A DNA stretch of 64,000 bases from Candidatus Ryanbacteria bacterium RIFCSPHIGHO2_02_FULL_45_17b (lineage in GTDB: Bacteria > Patescibacteriota > Minisyncoccia > Ryanbacterales > 2-02-FULL-48-12): positions 147,016-211,015 of the forward strand of contig MHNO01000009.1 of NCBI GenBank assembly GCA_001819815.1. Reading direction: 5' to 3'. The notes beneath the pieces were generated by a model. That model was given only the letters and a program-made list of their open reading frames with translations. It did not search any database and was not told the DNA's origin. A program made the position numbers and the translations under genes. Below, piece after piece: positions 48,543 to 58,044 of this stretch (the first letter of the stretch is position 1; each line of letters starts with the position of its first letter).

Positions 48543-49394
48543 TTAATCAATAAATTTAAAAGTGGAGAAAATGCTTTCGAGTAATGATTTATTTTCTTTG
48601 TTTCCAACAGTTTGAGTATGCAAGAATATTTGAAAATTGTCCTTGCATATTTCTTTTTCCTCAAACGTAGCCACGCCTGGCCCGTATGAATCTTGAATCC
48701 AGTTTGCGTTTATAGTCTTGGGATCGCAGCCTTTTTGTATTACTATAGTCATGCCTCCTGAAGGTTCTATGCCACCATGCCCCCATTGATCTTGAAAAAA
48801 ACTTTGGACTCCACTGTTGCCTATCTGCCATGTAGGAGGATATCTAAACTCAAACCCATACTCCTCATTATGGTAAGTTTTCCATGAGAGAGCGCTACTT
48901 TCTTTTGGATCATCCTCAATATATCTTGGCACTTGTAAAATACTATACGACTTTAATATTGCGCCGTCGCTCGCCAAACCCTCCGCACGATACCAATATG
49001 TTCTATCACCTATCACAGAATCAACAACCTGTTGAGGCATAGAATCAGTAACCGGCAATGAAAGCACTTTGAGCCATGGGCCATTTTTTAATTCCGATCG
49101 ATAAAACACTAGACTCTTGGCACGAGAAGGAAGATCAGCCCAGTATAAAATAATACTATCTCCCATGTTGAAAGCCAACAAATCTCTCTCAGCGTTTAAT
49201 ACCGTTTGATTGATCGCTTGCGGACTCGGACATTCCGTCAATGTACAATCGGGAACGAGGCGACCAACAGCGCTAGCAAAAGAATTTTCTTTTCGATCAA
49301 CAAGACCAAAATACTCCACAAACGTGATAACCTGCACGGCGACAAGTAACAAAGCAACCGCGACAACATGGCTTAGTTTTTCTCGTGCAAACAT
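48543..49394 (-). CDS. Secreted hypothetical protein, paralog B (C-terminal STFKFID)
   Basis: First ~50 nt identical to paralog A; WKTYHNEEYGFEFRYPPTW block; ends FKFID. Confidence 0.55.
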   Translation of the reverse strand: MFAREKLSHVVAVALLLVAVQVITFVEYFGLVDRKENSFASAVGRLVPDCTLTECPSPQAINQTVLNAERDLLAFNMGDSIILYWADLPSRAKSLVFYRSELKNGPWLKVLSLPVTDSMPQQVVDSVIGDRTYWYRAEGLASDGAILKSYSILQVPRYIEDDPKESSALSWKTYHNEEYGFEFRYPPTWQIGNSGVQSFFQDQWGHGGIEPSGGMTIVIQKGCDPKTINANWIQDSYGPGVATFEEKEICKDNFQIFLHTQTVGNKENKSLLESIFSTFKFID

Positions 49395-49403
49395 ATATCA
49401 CGA

Positions 49404-50063
49404 TTAGTTAATAAACGTAAATGTAGAGACGAGAGCATCAAATAATTCACGACTGCCGAGTACGTTCATACTGGCATGCCGATTACCATGAGAAATCAAG
49501 GCGCGATAATTGCTGACGATACCTAAATAAGTCCCCACTGAATCATATACCGCTACTGCCGTATCTCCCACAATAATATTATTATTGTTTACCGAATAAG
49601 ATACCGCCGGATCGCCTTTGCGGCCAAGCCGCCCTACCGCAAAATAGAGTCCATTGTCCTCCACAAAAAATACCTTTCGGATTGCTTCTTCCCGCGATAT
49701 TTCCCTAAGGACTTCTATACTTGCAACATTATTCACATATCCTTTCTTTTGAAACAGAGGATCAAGAAAATCCACTTGCATATCTTGCTCTTTTATCTGC
49801 CAGGCGACAGGATAGGAAACAGAAAATTTAAGAGCGGGACTGGCATATGTTTGCATCATAGTATCAGTATACCCTTCAAGTTCTTTTTCCAATGTCCGCA
49901 GTTGTTGAAAATAAGGCGCGTTGTCAAGCGCATCAAGGTTATCCACAGCATCGTTTGCTTTGTCGATTAAAAAGAGCGACATGTACCCCGCGATTGCTGT
50001 CATTACAAAAAATGAAAGAGCGGAACGCTGGCCTCTGGTAAAATTTGACGAAATACTATTCAT
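49404..50063 (-). CDS. Secreted hypothetical protein, divergent paralog C (C-terminal STFTFIN)
   Basis: Signal anchor; (S)YPVAWQI and STFTFIN echo paralogs A and B. Confidence 0.45.
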   Translation of the reverse strand: MNSISSNFTRGQRSALSFFVMTAIAGYMSLFLIDKANDAVDNLDALDNAPYFQQLRTLEKELEGYTDTMMQTYASPALKFSVSYPVAWQIKEQDMQVDFLDPLFQKKGYVNNVASIEVLREISREEAIRKVFFVEDNGLYFAVGRLGRKGDPAVSYSVNNNNIIVGDTAVAVYDSVGTYLGIVSNYRALISHGNRHASMNVLGSRELFDALVSTFTFIN

Positions 50064-50991
50064 GCTCGCTTGTTATGACACCGCCAAGCGTCCGCAGTTC
50101 CGCTAAAAACCGCTTGCCCTGTTCTTGCTTTGGAATTTTATCCTCGGGACCTTTTCCGGGCGGGTTTCCGTGCCACCGGTAATCAAATTCAATTTCGGGA
50201 ATTCCTTTGCCCGGAATAGTGTGCGCGATAATGCAAACGGGTCGTTCGTAAATGGCGCGCGCTTCTTCGCACGCATTTATAATTTCATGAAAATTATGCC
50301 CGTTTATTTCAAGCACGTGCCAATTAAACGCCTCGTATTTTTCACGAAGCGGTTCCAGGGGCATAATGTCTTCCGTAATGCCGTCTATTTGAATATTATT
50401 GCGGTCAATAATATTGGTAAGATTTGCGATCCGCAGTTTTCCTGCAAGCATAATTGCTTCCCATGTATTTCCCGCGTCATGTTCGCCGTCTGAAGTAAAA
50501 CAATAAACCTGATTCGGTTTTGCATCAATTCGCAATGCTATCGCCATACCAACTGCTTGCGACAAACCGGATCCCAACGGCCCTGATGTAGTCTCTATGC
50601 CCGGAAGTGAAGTCCGATGCGGATGGCCCTGCAGGCGCGTTCCCAGTTTACGCAATGTCCGTAATTCTTGGAGAGAAAAATATGCCGCATGCGCAAGAGT
50701 CGCGTAAAGCACCGGGCAAATATGCCCATTCGAAAGTACCAAACGATCGCGATCTTCCCAATCGGGGTTGTCTGCATCATGCTTCAATATATGAAAATAC
50801 ATAGCGGTGAAAATATCCGCCATGCCTAAAGGACCCGCCGTATGTCCCGATCCTGCCTCAATGAGCATCTCAATTACGGACACGCGAATATCGTTTGCCT
50901 TTCGTTCGAGAAATTGTAATTTTTCTTGAGTCAACATGTATTCCTGATATAAAGCCCAGCTCCTATTCAACTTCCGGCTGATAATATTCAT
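50056..50991 (-). CDS. Transketolase, N-terminal (TPP-binding) subunit
   Basis: GSGHTAGPLGMADIF...GHPH; TPP motif SDGEHDAGNTWEA. Confidence 0.85.
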   Translation of the reverse strand: MNIISRKLNRSWALYQEYMLTQEKLQFLERKANDIRVSVIEMLIEAGSGHTAGPLGMADIFTAMYFHILKHDADNPDWEDRDRLVLSNGHICPVLYATLAHAAYFSLQELRTLRKLGTRLQGHPHRTSLPGIETTSGPLGSGLSQAVGMAIALRIDAKPNQVYCFTSDGEHDAGNTWEAIMLAGKLRIANLTNIIDRNNIQIDGITEDIMPLEPLREKYEAFNWHVLEINGHNFHEIINACEEARAIYERPVCIIAHTIPGKGIPEIEFDYRWHGNPPGKGPEDKIPKQEQGKRFLAELRTLGGVITSEHE

Positions 50992-53338
50992 TCATGCGTA
51001 CCGGAATGGGAATGACTGCCGCCAAGTTGTCTCCATCAAATTCAATTTTTAACATAAGACCTTCCCGGGTCTCAGCAGAAAAACCCTGGTCAAAAACAAA
51101 ATTTCCCAAACTATACGCAATAACACCCCCGCGGTATTCTTCAATGCCCTCTACCACATGCGGATGATGCCCTATTACCACGCGCGCGCCCGAATCAATT
51201 GCTAAACGTGCAAGATCCTTTTGGCGCGCATTCGGCGCTTGTTCGTATTCTTCTCCAAAATGAAACGACACTATTAGTATATCAACCTTCTTTGCAGCTT
51301 GTAATACGGACTTTTCCACATATGTCTTGCCCGCATTCCCTGCGGGTACTGCCGCAATGCCCGAAAGAGCCTCTTTCGATTGCATCCACAAAGGACCTAC
51401 ATCACTAAATGCAAGAAATCCAATACGCTTCCCGCGAACATCAAACACAGTCGGCTCCAAAGATTCTTTCTCGTTCCATCCCCCGCCCGCGTACGCGACC
51501 CCCGCATGTTGCAGACGGCGCATGGTGTCTTCGAACGCATCACGACTCCAGTCGCCCATGTGGTTATTTGCAAGCGAGACAATATCAAATCCGGCTAACG
51601 CAAGCGTACTCGCTACCTGCGGGTCCATGCGAAAAGAATACGCACTCCCCACATTGGTCCCCTTGTCGGACACCGGACCTTCTAAATTCGCAAATGTTAT
51701 ATCCGCGTTCGCAAGAACATCGCGCGTATAAAGAAATGGAAACATCCAGTCATCGTTGCCGTATTTATGAATTACCTGCTCCACCCCGCGGTTCATCATG
51801 ATATCGCCCGTAAAAAGCATGGAAAGAGAGCGAGACGAATCCTGAAGATCTTCCGCGGTATATTCCACCTGTTGACTCTCGAGCGAAGATTCCAAACCGT
51901 ATGAAAAATTCTGTTTCACCCAGAGGCGCAATCTCTCCACATCAGATTGAAGATTATCCGAACCCAGCACCACAATAGCTATATGACGTTCGGCAAATTC
52001 GCCAAACGGCACCGAAAAAACAGATACGATTGTTTTCTTTGCTTCCGGTATAAAACCTGTCTTGCCGCCTTCAAATGAATTTTTGGAAGCAAAGGGATGA
52101 ATGTTGCGCCACGTTTTATGACTCCGCATTGCCGTCATTTCAAGAAGCGACCGTTTATTATCCCACAAATGCCGAACAAGTTTGAACGTGTCCAGGGCCG
52201 TAGATTTATTTTCTGGATCAAGCCCCGACGGCTCCGCATAGAACGTGCGCACCAATCCAAGGCTTTCCGATTTTTCGTTCATCAGCCGCACAAATTGTTC
52301 GGTGCCCAGCTGACGCGCAATAACATACGCCGCATCATTTGAAGAAGAAAGCAACAACGGCCACAAAAGCTCTCCCGCTTCCATGCGATCTCCCACGCCC
52401 AGCCCGCCCGCTTCTCCATACGCCGCAACATCTGCGTTCGTTACCTCAACCTTCTCAAATTGATTCACTGCTTCCACGGAAATAAGAGCCGTCATTAACT
52501 TGGAAAGAGAAGCGATAGAATGTATCTCCTCAGAATTTTTTTCAAAAAAAAGAAAACTGTTTTCCAGATCTCCCACAAGCGCGGCGTACCCTGAAATAGC
52601 CGGCGGAGGTGAAAACGTATCAATTCCCCGATATCCCAATCGCTCTTCTTCGCGCGTATCAGCTGAGGCAAGAATCAATGCAGGACCGGCGCCATTTGTT
52701 ACAAATAAGGGCGTACCCTTATCAACCAACGAAAAAAGTTTCCTGGCATCTTCCTCGGAAAGCCGAATACACCCGCCGGAGAAACCTTGCGGCACAGGGC
52801 TTCCGTCGGCATAACGAGGCCATCCATGAATAAAAAAGTTTCCAAAAAACTGCATGCTATACGGCATCCAAACATTCCCCATAGTAGAATAATGATTTTC
52901 TTCCTTTGTCTTTATACGATAAGAACCCGTTGGTGTTTCCCATAAAGAGCCGGGCTTTCCCTTGGACACTATAGGAAATTCTGTTTCTAATTTTCCGTCG
53001 CGATAGAGACGTATCATCATTTCGCGCAAATCTGCAAAAAGCGCAACTCCGCTCTCCGGCACAGAGAATGACGGCTGGGAAAGAATCCGTGTCTCATACA
53101 CCTGCGGCCGATTTTTCATAAGAGACGTGTCCGCCACGCGCACAGTTTCTTCACCGCTTCCACCAACACCCTTCAGCGTTTCTGTACCCGTGATAAAAAT
53201 ATAATTGGATGCCCATAACAATGACGTATCAGAAGCAATGTGTTTTATAAAAAAAATAGGAATAGCCATACACACGCCTCCTAACAGGAATACAAAAATA
53301 CCCCACAATACATGTGAACGTTCCTTATGCGGTTGCAT
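50963..53338 (-). CDS. Tri-domain cell-wall enzyme: L,D-transpeptidase (YkuD) + D-Ala-D-Ala carboxypeptidase (PBP5/S11-like) + CapA-type metallophosphoesterase
   Basis: YkuD HGW...GGCIRL; S11 motifs SLSK (SxxK), SSSND (SxN), GGKTG (KTG); CapA motifs TGDIMMNRG and ANNH. One uninterrupted 791-aa ORF with an N-terminal TM. Confidence 0.65.
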   Translation of the reverse strand: MQPHKERSHVLWGIFVFLLGGVCMAIPIFFIKHIASDTSLLWASNYIFITGTETLKGVGGSGEETVRVADTSLMKNRPQVYETRILSQPSFSVPESGVALFADLREMMIRLYRDGKLETEFPIVSKGKPGSLWETPTGSYRIKTKEENHYSTMGNVWMPYSMQFFGNFFIHGWPRYADGSPVPQGFSGGCIRLSEEDARKLFSLVDKGTPLFVTNGAGPALILASADTREEERLGYRGIDTFSPPPAISGYAALVGDLENSFLFFEKNSEEIHSIASLSKLMTALISVEAVNQFEKVEVTNADVAAYGEAGGLGVGDRMEAGELLWPLLLSSSNDAAYVIARQLGTEQFVRLMNEKSESLGLVRTFYAEPSGLDPENKSTALDTFKLVRHLWDNKRSLLEMTAMRSHKTWRNIHPFASKNSFEGGKTGFIPEAKKTIVSVFSVPFGEFAERHIAIVVLGSDNLQSDVERLRLWVKQNFSYGLESSLESQQVEYTAEDLQDSSRSLSMLFTGDIMMNRGVEQVIHKYGNDDWMFPFLYTRDVLANADITFANLEGPVSDKGTNVGSAYSFRMDPQVASTLALAGFDIVSLANNHMGDWSRDAFEDTMRRLQHAGVAYAGGGWNEKESLEPTVFDVRGKRIGFLAFSDVGPLWMQSKEALSGIAAVPAGNAGKTYVEKSVLQAAKKVDILIVSFHFGEEYEQAPNARQKDLARLAIDSGARVVIGHHPHVVEGIEEYRGGVIAYSLGNFVFDQGFSAETREGLMLKIEFDGDNLAAVIPIPVRMNEYYQPEVE

Positions 53339-53981
53339 GACGTCGCAAATCTTCTATCGCGCTTTTAATATCAATGTGTTCTCTATCGGAGGGAGAAAAA
53401 ATGGCAGAACCGGCAACAAGCAATGAAGCGCCTGATTGCACAATAGATGCGACTGTTGTCGTATTTACCCCTCCATCTACCTCAATGGCACAGGAAGGAC
53501 ACGCGTTATGAAGCGCGGTAATTTTTTGAAGCGTGTCTGGTTGAAACGACTGGCCAGAACGTCCGGGCGTTACCGCAAGTGTCTGCACGAGATCTATTTT
53601 GGAAAGATACGGCAACACGACATCCGCCGATGAATTAGGTAAAACCGCCATGCCCACCCGAACATCCGAAGACCGACATGCGCGAATAACCACATCAGGG
53701 TCGCGTGATGCTTCACGATGAAAAATAACCCGCCGCACAATAGGCCGCAACCATTCCCCAATCCGTTCATCAATATCGGCAATCATCAGATGCACTTCCA
53801 CCAATAGAGGTGTTTGCAAAGCAAGCAGATCTTCTGGATTGTGCCACAACTGTATGTCCGTAAACGAACCATCAGCAACGTCTATGTGCACCCACGAAAC
53901 ATACGGCTCCACCGCTTCAATTTTTTTCTTTACTTCCGTAAATGTCTCCGCATTTATAGAAGGAATAATTTCGATTTCGCT
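53325..53981 (-). CDS. rpe: Ribulose-phosphate 3-epimerase
   Basis: IIPSINAETF...VHIDVADGSF; TIM-barrel Rpe blocks. Start at the internal ATG. Confidence 0.8.
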   Translation of the reverse strand, partial: SEIEIIPSINAETFTEVKKKIEAVEPYVSWVHIDVADGSFTDIQLWHNPEDLLALQTPLLVEVHLMIADIDERIGEWLRPIVRRVIFHREASRDPDVVIRACRSSDVRVGMAVLPNSSADVVLPYLSKIDLVQTLAVTPGRSGQSFQPDTLQKITALHNACPSCAIEVDGGVNTTTVASIVQSGASLLVAGSAIFSPSDREHIDIKSAIEDLRRHATA

Positions 53982-54130
53982 CATATAGAAAGTATAAAGG
54001 AAAAAGATAAAAGAAAAAGGTGCCGCACGCGACACCTTTAGATACTCTTATGTATCTTATTTACGCCATTCCCTGTACATGAAGATCATGAACAAGATAC
54101 CACCTAAGACAACTACCATTTCCAACCAAT

Positions 54131-54331
54131 TCATGTCTGTTTCTCCTGTTTATTAAGCAACGGCCTCTCGTCACCCGCTACTGCGCAAAGGCCAAGCGCG
54201 AGTAGTGTGGAAACGAATGACACAGCAACTCCGATTGCACATCCTGTTGACCCTCCAATACGCCACCCAATTCCGCCAAATATTGTGCTTGTTAAAACCA
54301 ATAGCACAATATAGAACATGCGCACATACAT
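54131..54331 (-). CDS. Small membrane protein
   Basis: ~66 aa, two TM helices. Start trimmed to avoid an 80-bp overlap with the upstream ORF. Confidence 0.3.
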   Translation of the reverse strand: MYVRMFYIVLLVLTSTIFGGIGWRIGGSTGCAIGVAVSFVSTLLALGLCAVAGDERPLLNKQEKQT

Positions 54332-54332
54332 G

Positions 54333-54800
54333 TCATACCTCCGTGTCTTTTCCACAAAAATTTTGCTGCCGTGAAGGTCCAATGATTGTAGTACTTTCAA
54401 GAGGATGTTCATTACTCAACTTCTGCCAGCCGAACTCAACTGCAAGAACTACCTTTTTGTTTTTAAGTTTAACTCCAAAATCTGTGCTTTTACCTCCAAC
54501 TTTAAACAGCCACCCTGTCGCAGTTTTTTTACATTTATAATAGCCCTCGACCCCACCCTGCCCCACTTGCCCTTTTAACATAAAACTCCCTTGTTCTAGG
54601 ATCAGGTTTATATTTGGGGTGGTGGTCGCCAAAACACAGAGTTCTTGTAGCATCAATCTGAATATGGTCGAGTCGTCTACCAAACTCTCTTTTTCAAGAA
54701 AATGTGCCTTAAATATTCTTGATGAGAAGCAATAGACGGTCTCCCAAAGTGCTTTGCGTAACTCTCCAACTACATATTCCTTCTGATACCAATGTGTCAT
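54333..54800 (-). CDS. Hypothetical protein
   Basis: ORF between rpiB and the small membrane protein; no motif. Confidence 0.35.
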   Translation of the reverse strand: MTHWYQKEYVVGELRKALWETVYCFSSRIFKAHFLEKESLVDDSTIFRLMLQELCVLATTTPNINLILEQGSFMLKGQVGQGGVEGYYKCKKTATGWLFKVGGKSTDFGVKLKNKKVVLAVEFGWQKLSNEHPLESTTIIGPSRQQNFCGKDTEV

Positions 54801-54825
54801 AAAGACCTCCTTTACTTCGAAGGTA

Positions 54826-55272
54826 TCATGAATTATCAATCTTGTCAATCCGTCGCTGATGGCGTGGTTCATGAGAAAACGGCGTCTCAAGCCACAATTT
54901 AATTGCGCGCTTTGCTTCTTCCGTATCCACAAACCGCGCGCCGATAGCAAGTATATTTGCGTCATTATGCTCGCGGGAAAGCGTTATAATACGGTCGTTC
55001 TTTCCATACCACACCACAGCCCGCACGCCGGAAACACGATTTGCCGCTATTGCTTCCCCTTCACCAGAACCGCCAAACACGACACCCACCGCACCTTCTT
55101 CTCTCGCAACATGTTCTGCGACCGGCCGAATAAAATCAGGGTAATCATCATTAGGCGCTTCTCTATTTGGACCTAAATCAGCAATACTATACCCTTCCCC
55201 AACCAAAAAATGGCGCATCTCTTCCTTCAACTTAAACCCCGCATGGTCAGATGCAATATATATTGTTCTCAT
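54826..55272 (-). CDS. rpiB: Ribose-5-phosphate isomerase B
   Basis: IYIASDHAGFKLKEE...GVVFGGSGEGEAIAANR, RpiB/LacAB family. Confidence 0.8.
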   Translation of the reverse strand: MRTIYIASDHAGFKLKEEMRHFLVGEGYSIADLGPNREAPNDDYPDFIRPVAEHVAREEGAVGVVFGGSGEGEAIAANRVSGVRAVVWYGKNDRIITLSREHNDANILAIGARFVDTEEAKRAIKLWLETPFSHEPRHQRRIDKIDNS

Positions 55273-55348
55273 ATTGATCTCTATAACGTAACTACCCAAA
55301 TTGTATACCATTATGTTATAATGGTATAGGGATATATATTATAAATTA

Positions 55349-55993
55349 ATGACAAAAACTTTTATGAAAGAGACCAATGATGCTATTGATTTGGTATTTC
55401 TTACAAAAGCGTGTTTTAGTTTTCTTGTATTGGCCACAATAATACAATGGGGTATTGCAAACAAAACAGACATAGTTTCTGCCGCCACGCAAGCAGGTTT
55501 AGCTTATTCCCCTGAAGAATTTACCCAATTGCGTGATATGTCTTGTGCCGCATATGACCAGCTCATAGAAGACCGCGACAATAAAACTTGCATAGAACAC
55601 GGGGCATGTTTACGAAGTCCTGAAAAACTCCGCAAAATGTGTGACTATCGGGTTCCCAATATGATGAAATATTGTAGTATGGGAAAACTCAACCAAGCCC
55701 GCACGGAAATATCAAACGCTCTGCACGCCATGGACGATCACATTGAACTTCGTGTTCATTATTGCCTAACAAAACAAATTGATTGTGAAATGGTTGCCCA
55801 ACGTTTAGGAGAACCTTGGCTTACTCGTGAAGATGTTGGTTTCTCCGCCAGTAAACATAGCCGATCTATCGTACGCGACCATGTATTTGAAATAGGTAAA
55901 AAACTTCCTTTGCAAAATCCTGTTGAAATATACCCCTTAACTATCTATGCGGCACTCTATCAACGATTGCAACAACAGAATGTGTGTGAATAA
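55349..55993 (+). CDS. Cys-rich hypothetical protein (N-terminal TM)
   Basis: 214 aa with ~10 Cys; no motif. Confidence 0.4.
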   Translation: MTKTFMKETNDAIDLVFLTKACFSFLVLATIIQWGIANKTDIVSAATQAGLAYSPEEFTQLRDMSCAAYDQLIEDRDNKTCIEHGACLRSPEKLRKMCDYRVPNMMKYCSMGKLNQARTEISNALHAMDDHIELRVHYCLTKQIDCEMVAQRLGEPWLTREDVGFSASKHSRSIVRDHVFEIGKKLPLQNPVEIYPLTIYAALYQRLQQQNVCE

Positions 55994-56050
55994 ATTTGTT
56001 TTTCAAAAAAAATACCGCGTGGTAAGAACCATGCGGTATGTCAAGTGGTA

Positions 56051-56326
56051 TCAGAGACATTTATTGGCAACGTGGACCCCATTGATCCAAGTTGCAACCT
56101 GCATTGCCCACTGCCGACTTCGTAGGTCATCATCCATGATGGCAGTATGCATAGCACCTTTTACTTCCGCCATGATGGCAATGAGCAGATTGTATTGCTC
56201 AAAGTCTATTTCGGCGTGAGGTACGACTCCAACGAAAACCTGGTTTAGGAACGACCACACCTTAGATTTCGGAGTTAAGTCTACAGTTTCCATCATCGTC
56301 GCGATTTTATCTCTTACTTTTATCAT
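56051..56326 (-). CDS. Small hypothetical protein
   Basis: 91-aa ORF. Confidence 0.3.
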   Translation of the reverse strand: MIKVRDKIATMMETVDLTPKSKVWSFLNQVFVGVVPHAEIDFEQYNLLIAIMAEVKGAMHTAIMDDDLRSRQWAMQVATWINGVHVANKCL

Positions 56327-56480
56327 AAATTCTCCTTATTCTTATTTGGTTTTCAACGCAAAAGATACTAATCCCATGTGTAGCATTTTTCCTGTTATTT
56401 GTCAAATTTTTACACTGCACTCGTGGGCTACGTAATGATTTCTGAACTTTTGACCGAGTAGACACATATAGCTACTTTAC

Positions 56481-56642
56481 CATGAATTACGAAACACACC
56501 CTCATCCGATGAACGTCACGCGAATTAATAACGTCTTGCGATGACCCAATTTGGTCATCGCAAGACGTTATATTGTGCTTGCGTATGCAAATCGATGGGA
56601 GGTCATCAGATGAGAGGAATACATGTGTTTCGTAATTTAAAG
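56481..56642 (+). mobile_element. MITE copy 3 (162 bp) flanked by a perfect 8-bp TSD tactttac (56473-56480 and 56643-56650)
   Basis: Same termini and internal 15-bp hairpin as copy 1; lacks a 19-bp segment present in copy 1. Confidence 0.7.
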
Positions 56643-56706
56643 TACTTTACATTCTATCCTCTTATTTTATACTTACATCAGGTCTAAAATATAATTAACC
56701 AAACAT

Positions 56707-57333
56707 ATGCAAAATAATTTACAAAAAGGGTTCGCGATGCCGACAGCCATCGCAATCGTCGCGATAGTTTTGGTGTTAGGCGGAGTCGTATTCTATGCGA
56801 ACCGTTCACAAACCACAAATGATAAAATGGCGCAGGAAAAAGCCATGAGGGAACAGGAGGCGATGGAACAGAAAGAGAAAGACATAATGATGAATAAGGA
56901 GGAAGCCAACATGATGGACAATGACAAGAACGGAATGATGCCCGCTGAAGGCGGAACATATTCCGGTGCGGTGCTTGCCGGAACATCAGCCCCCCTTCTT
57001 GACTTTACAAAGGCAGACTATGACTCGGCCATAAAAACGAATAAACTGGTCGTTCTCTATTTTTATGCGAACTGGTGCCCGATCTGCAAGAAAGAATTTC
57101 CCATCATGCAAGAAGCATTCAATGAGCTGGAAACAGATGCCGTAGTCGGCTTCAGAGTTAATTACAATGACGACCAGACCGACGATACCGAAAAGAACCT
57201 GGCGCGAGAATTCGGCGTTGCCTACCAGCATACGAAAGTATTTGTGAAAAACGGTACAAGAATTCTTAAATCACCGGAAAGTTGGGACGACAAACGTTAC
57301 GATATAGAGATCAATAAGGCCCTAACTCAATAA
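56707..57333 (+). CDS. Membrane-anchored thioredoxin-like protein (TlpA-like, WCPIC)
   Basis: Signal anchor, Met/Glu-rich linker, thioredoxin fold with LYFYANWCPICKKEFP. Confidence 0.65.
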   Translation: MQNNLQKGFAMPTAIAIVAIVLVLGGVVFYANRSQTTNDKMAQEKAMREQEAMEQKEKDIMMNKEEANMMDNDKNGMMPAEGGTYSGAVLAGTSAPLLDFTKADYDSAIKTNKLVVLYFYANWCPICKKEFPIMQEAFNELETDAVVGFRVNYNDDQTDDTEKNLAREFGVAYQHTKVFVKNGTRILKSPESWDDKRYDIEINKALTQ

Positions 57334-57336
57334 TAC

Positions 57337-58044
57337 ATGACAGAAAGTCTTCTCATCGGGGCGTTTCTTGGTGGACTTATTTCTTTTCTTGCCCCTTGCG
57401 TCCTCCCCATCATTCCGGGTTTTCTTGCCTATCTTGCCGGCTCAAGCACTAGCGAGACAGGATCGAAGCGTAAAGAAATATTTTTGAACAGTATGTTCTT
57501 TGTGCTTGGCTTTGGAGTCGTCTTTGCTCTTCTCGGGGTGTTACTCAATACTCTCCTTGAAGGTATCGCCTATGACGTGCAGACATGGCTCTCGCGCATC
57601 GGAGGAGTGATGATTATCTTCTTCGGTCTCTATCTTGTGGGGCTCATCAAAATTCCTTTTTTGGAAAAAGAATATAAATTTGGCGTAAAGATAAAATTCA
57701 AATCCCGCTACGCCACGTCGTTTCTTTTTGGTTTGGCCTTTGCCGCCGGATGGACTCCTTGCGTCGGCCCTGCTTTGGGAGTCATTCTTGGTCTTGCCGC
57801 CACACAGCCTGGATCGGCCTTTATCCTGCTTCTCACCTATGCGCTGGGGCTTGGCATACCGTTTCTCATTGTTGGCGCTTTTACCGCAGAGGCTTCAGAA
57901 TTTATCAACCGCCACGCGGTAGGCCTCACCTATCTCAATATTGTTTTTGGAGTCATTCTGCTTATTCTTGGCGTCCTCATATTTACCCAAAAACTTGCGC
58001 TCATTGCCAATTTTGATTTTCTCAATAGACTGCTTCTTACCTAA
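57337..58044 (+). CDS. ccdA: Cytochrome c-type biogenesis/thiol-disulfide transporter CcdA (DsbD core)
   Basis: LAPCVLPIIPGFLAYLAG and a second conserved TPCVGP Cys. Confidence 0.75.
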   Translation: MTESLLIGAFLGGLISFLAPCVLPIIPGFLAYLAGSSTSETGSKRKEIFLNSMFFVLGFGVVFALLGVLLNTLLEGIAYDVQTWLSRIGGVMIIFFGLYLVGLIKIPFLEKEYKFGVKIKFKSRYATSFLFGLAFAAGWTPCVGPALGVILGLAATQPGSAFILLLTYALGLGIPFLIVGAFTAEASEFINRHAVGLTYLNIVFGVILLILGVLIFTQKLALIANFDFLNRLLLT

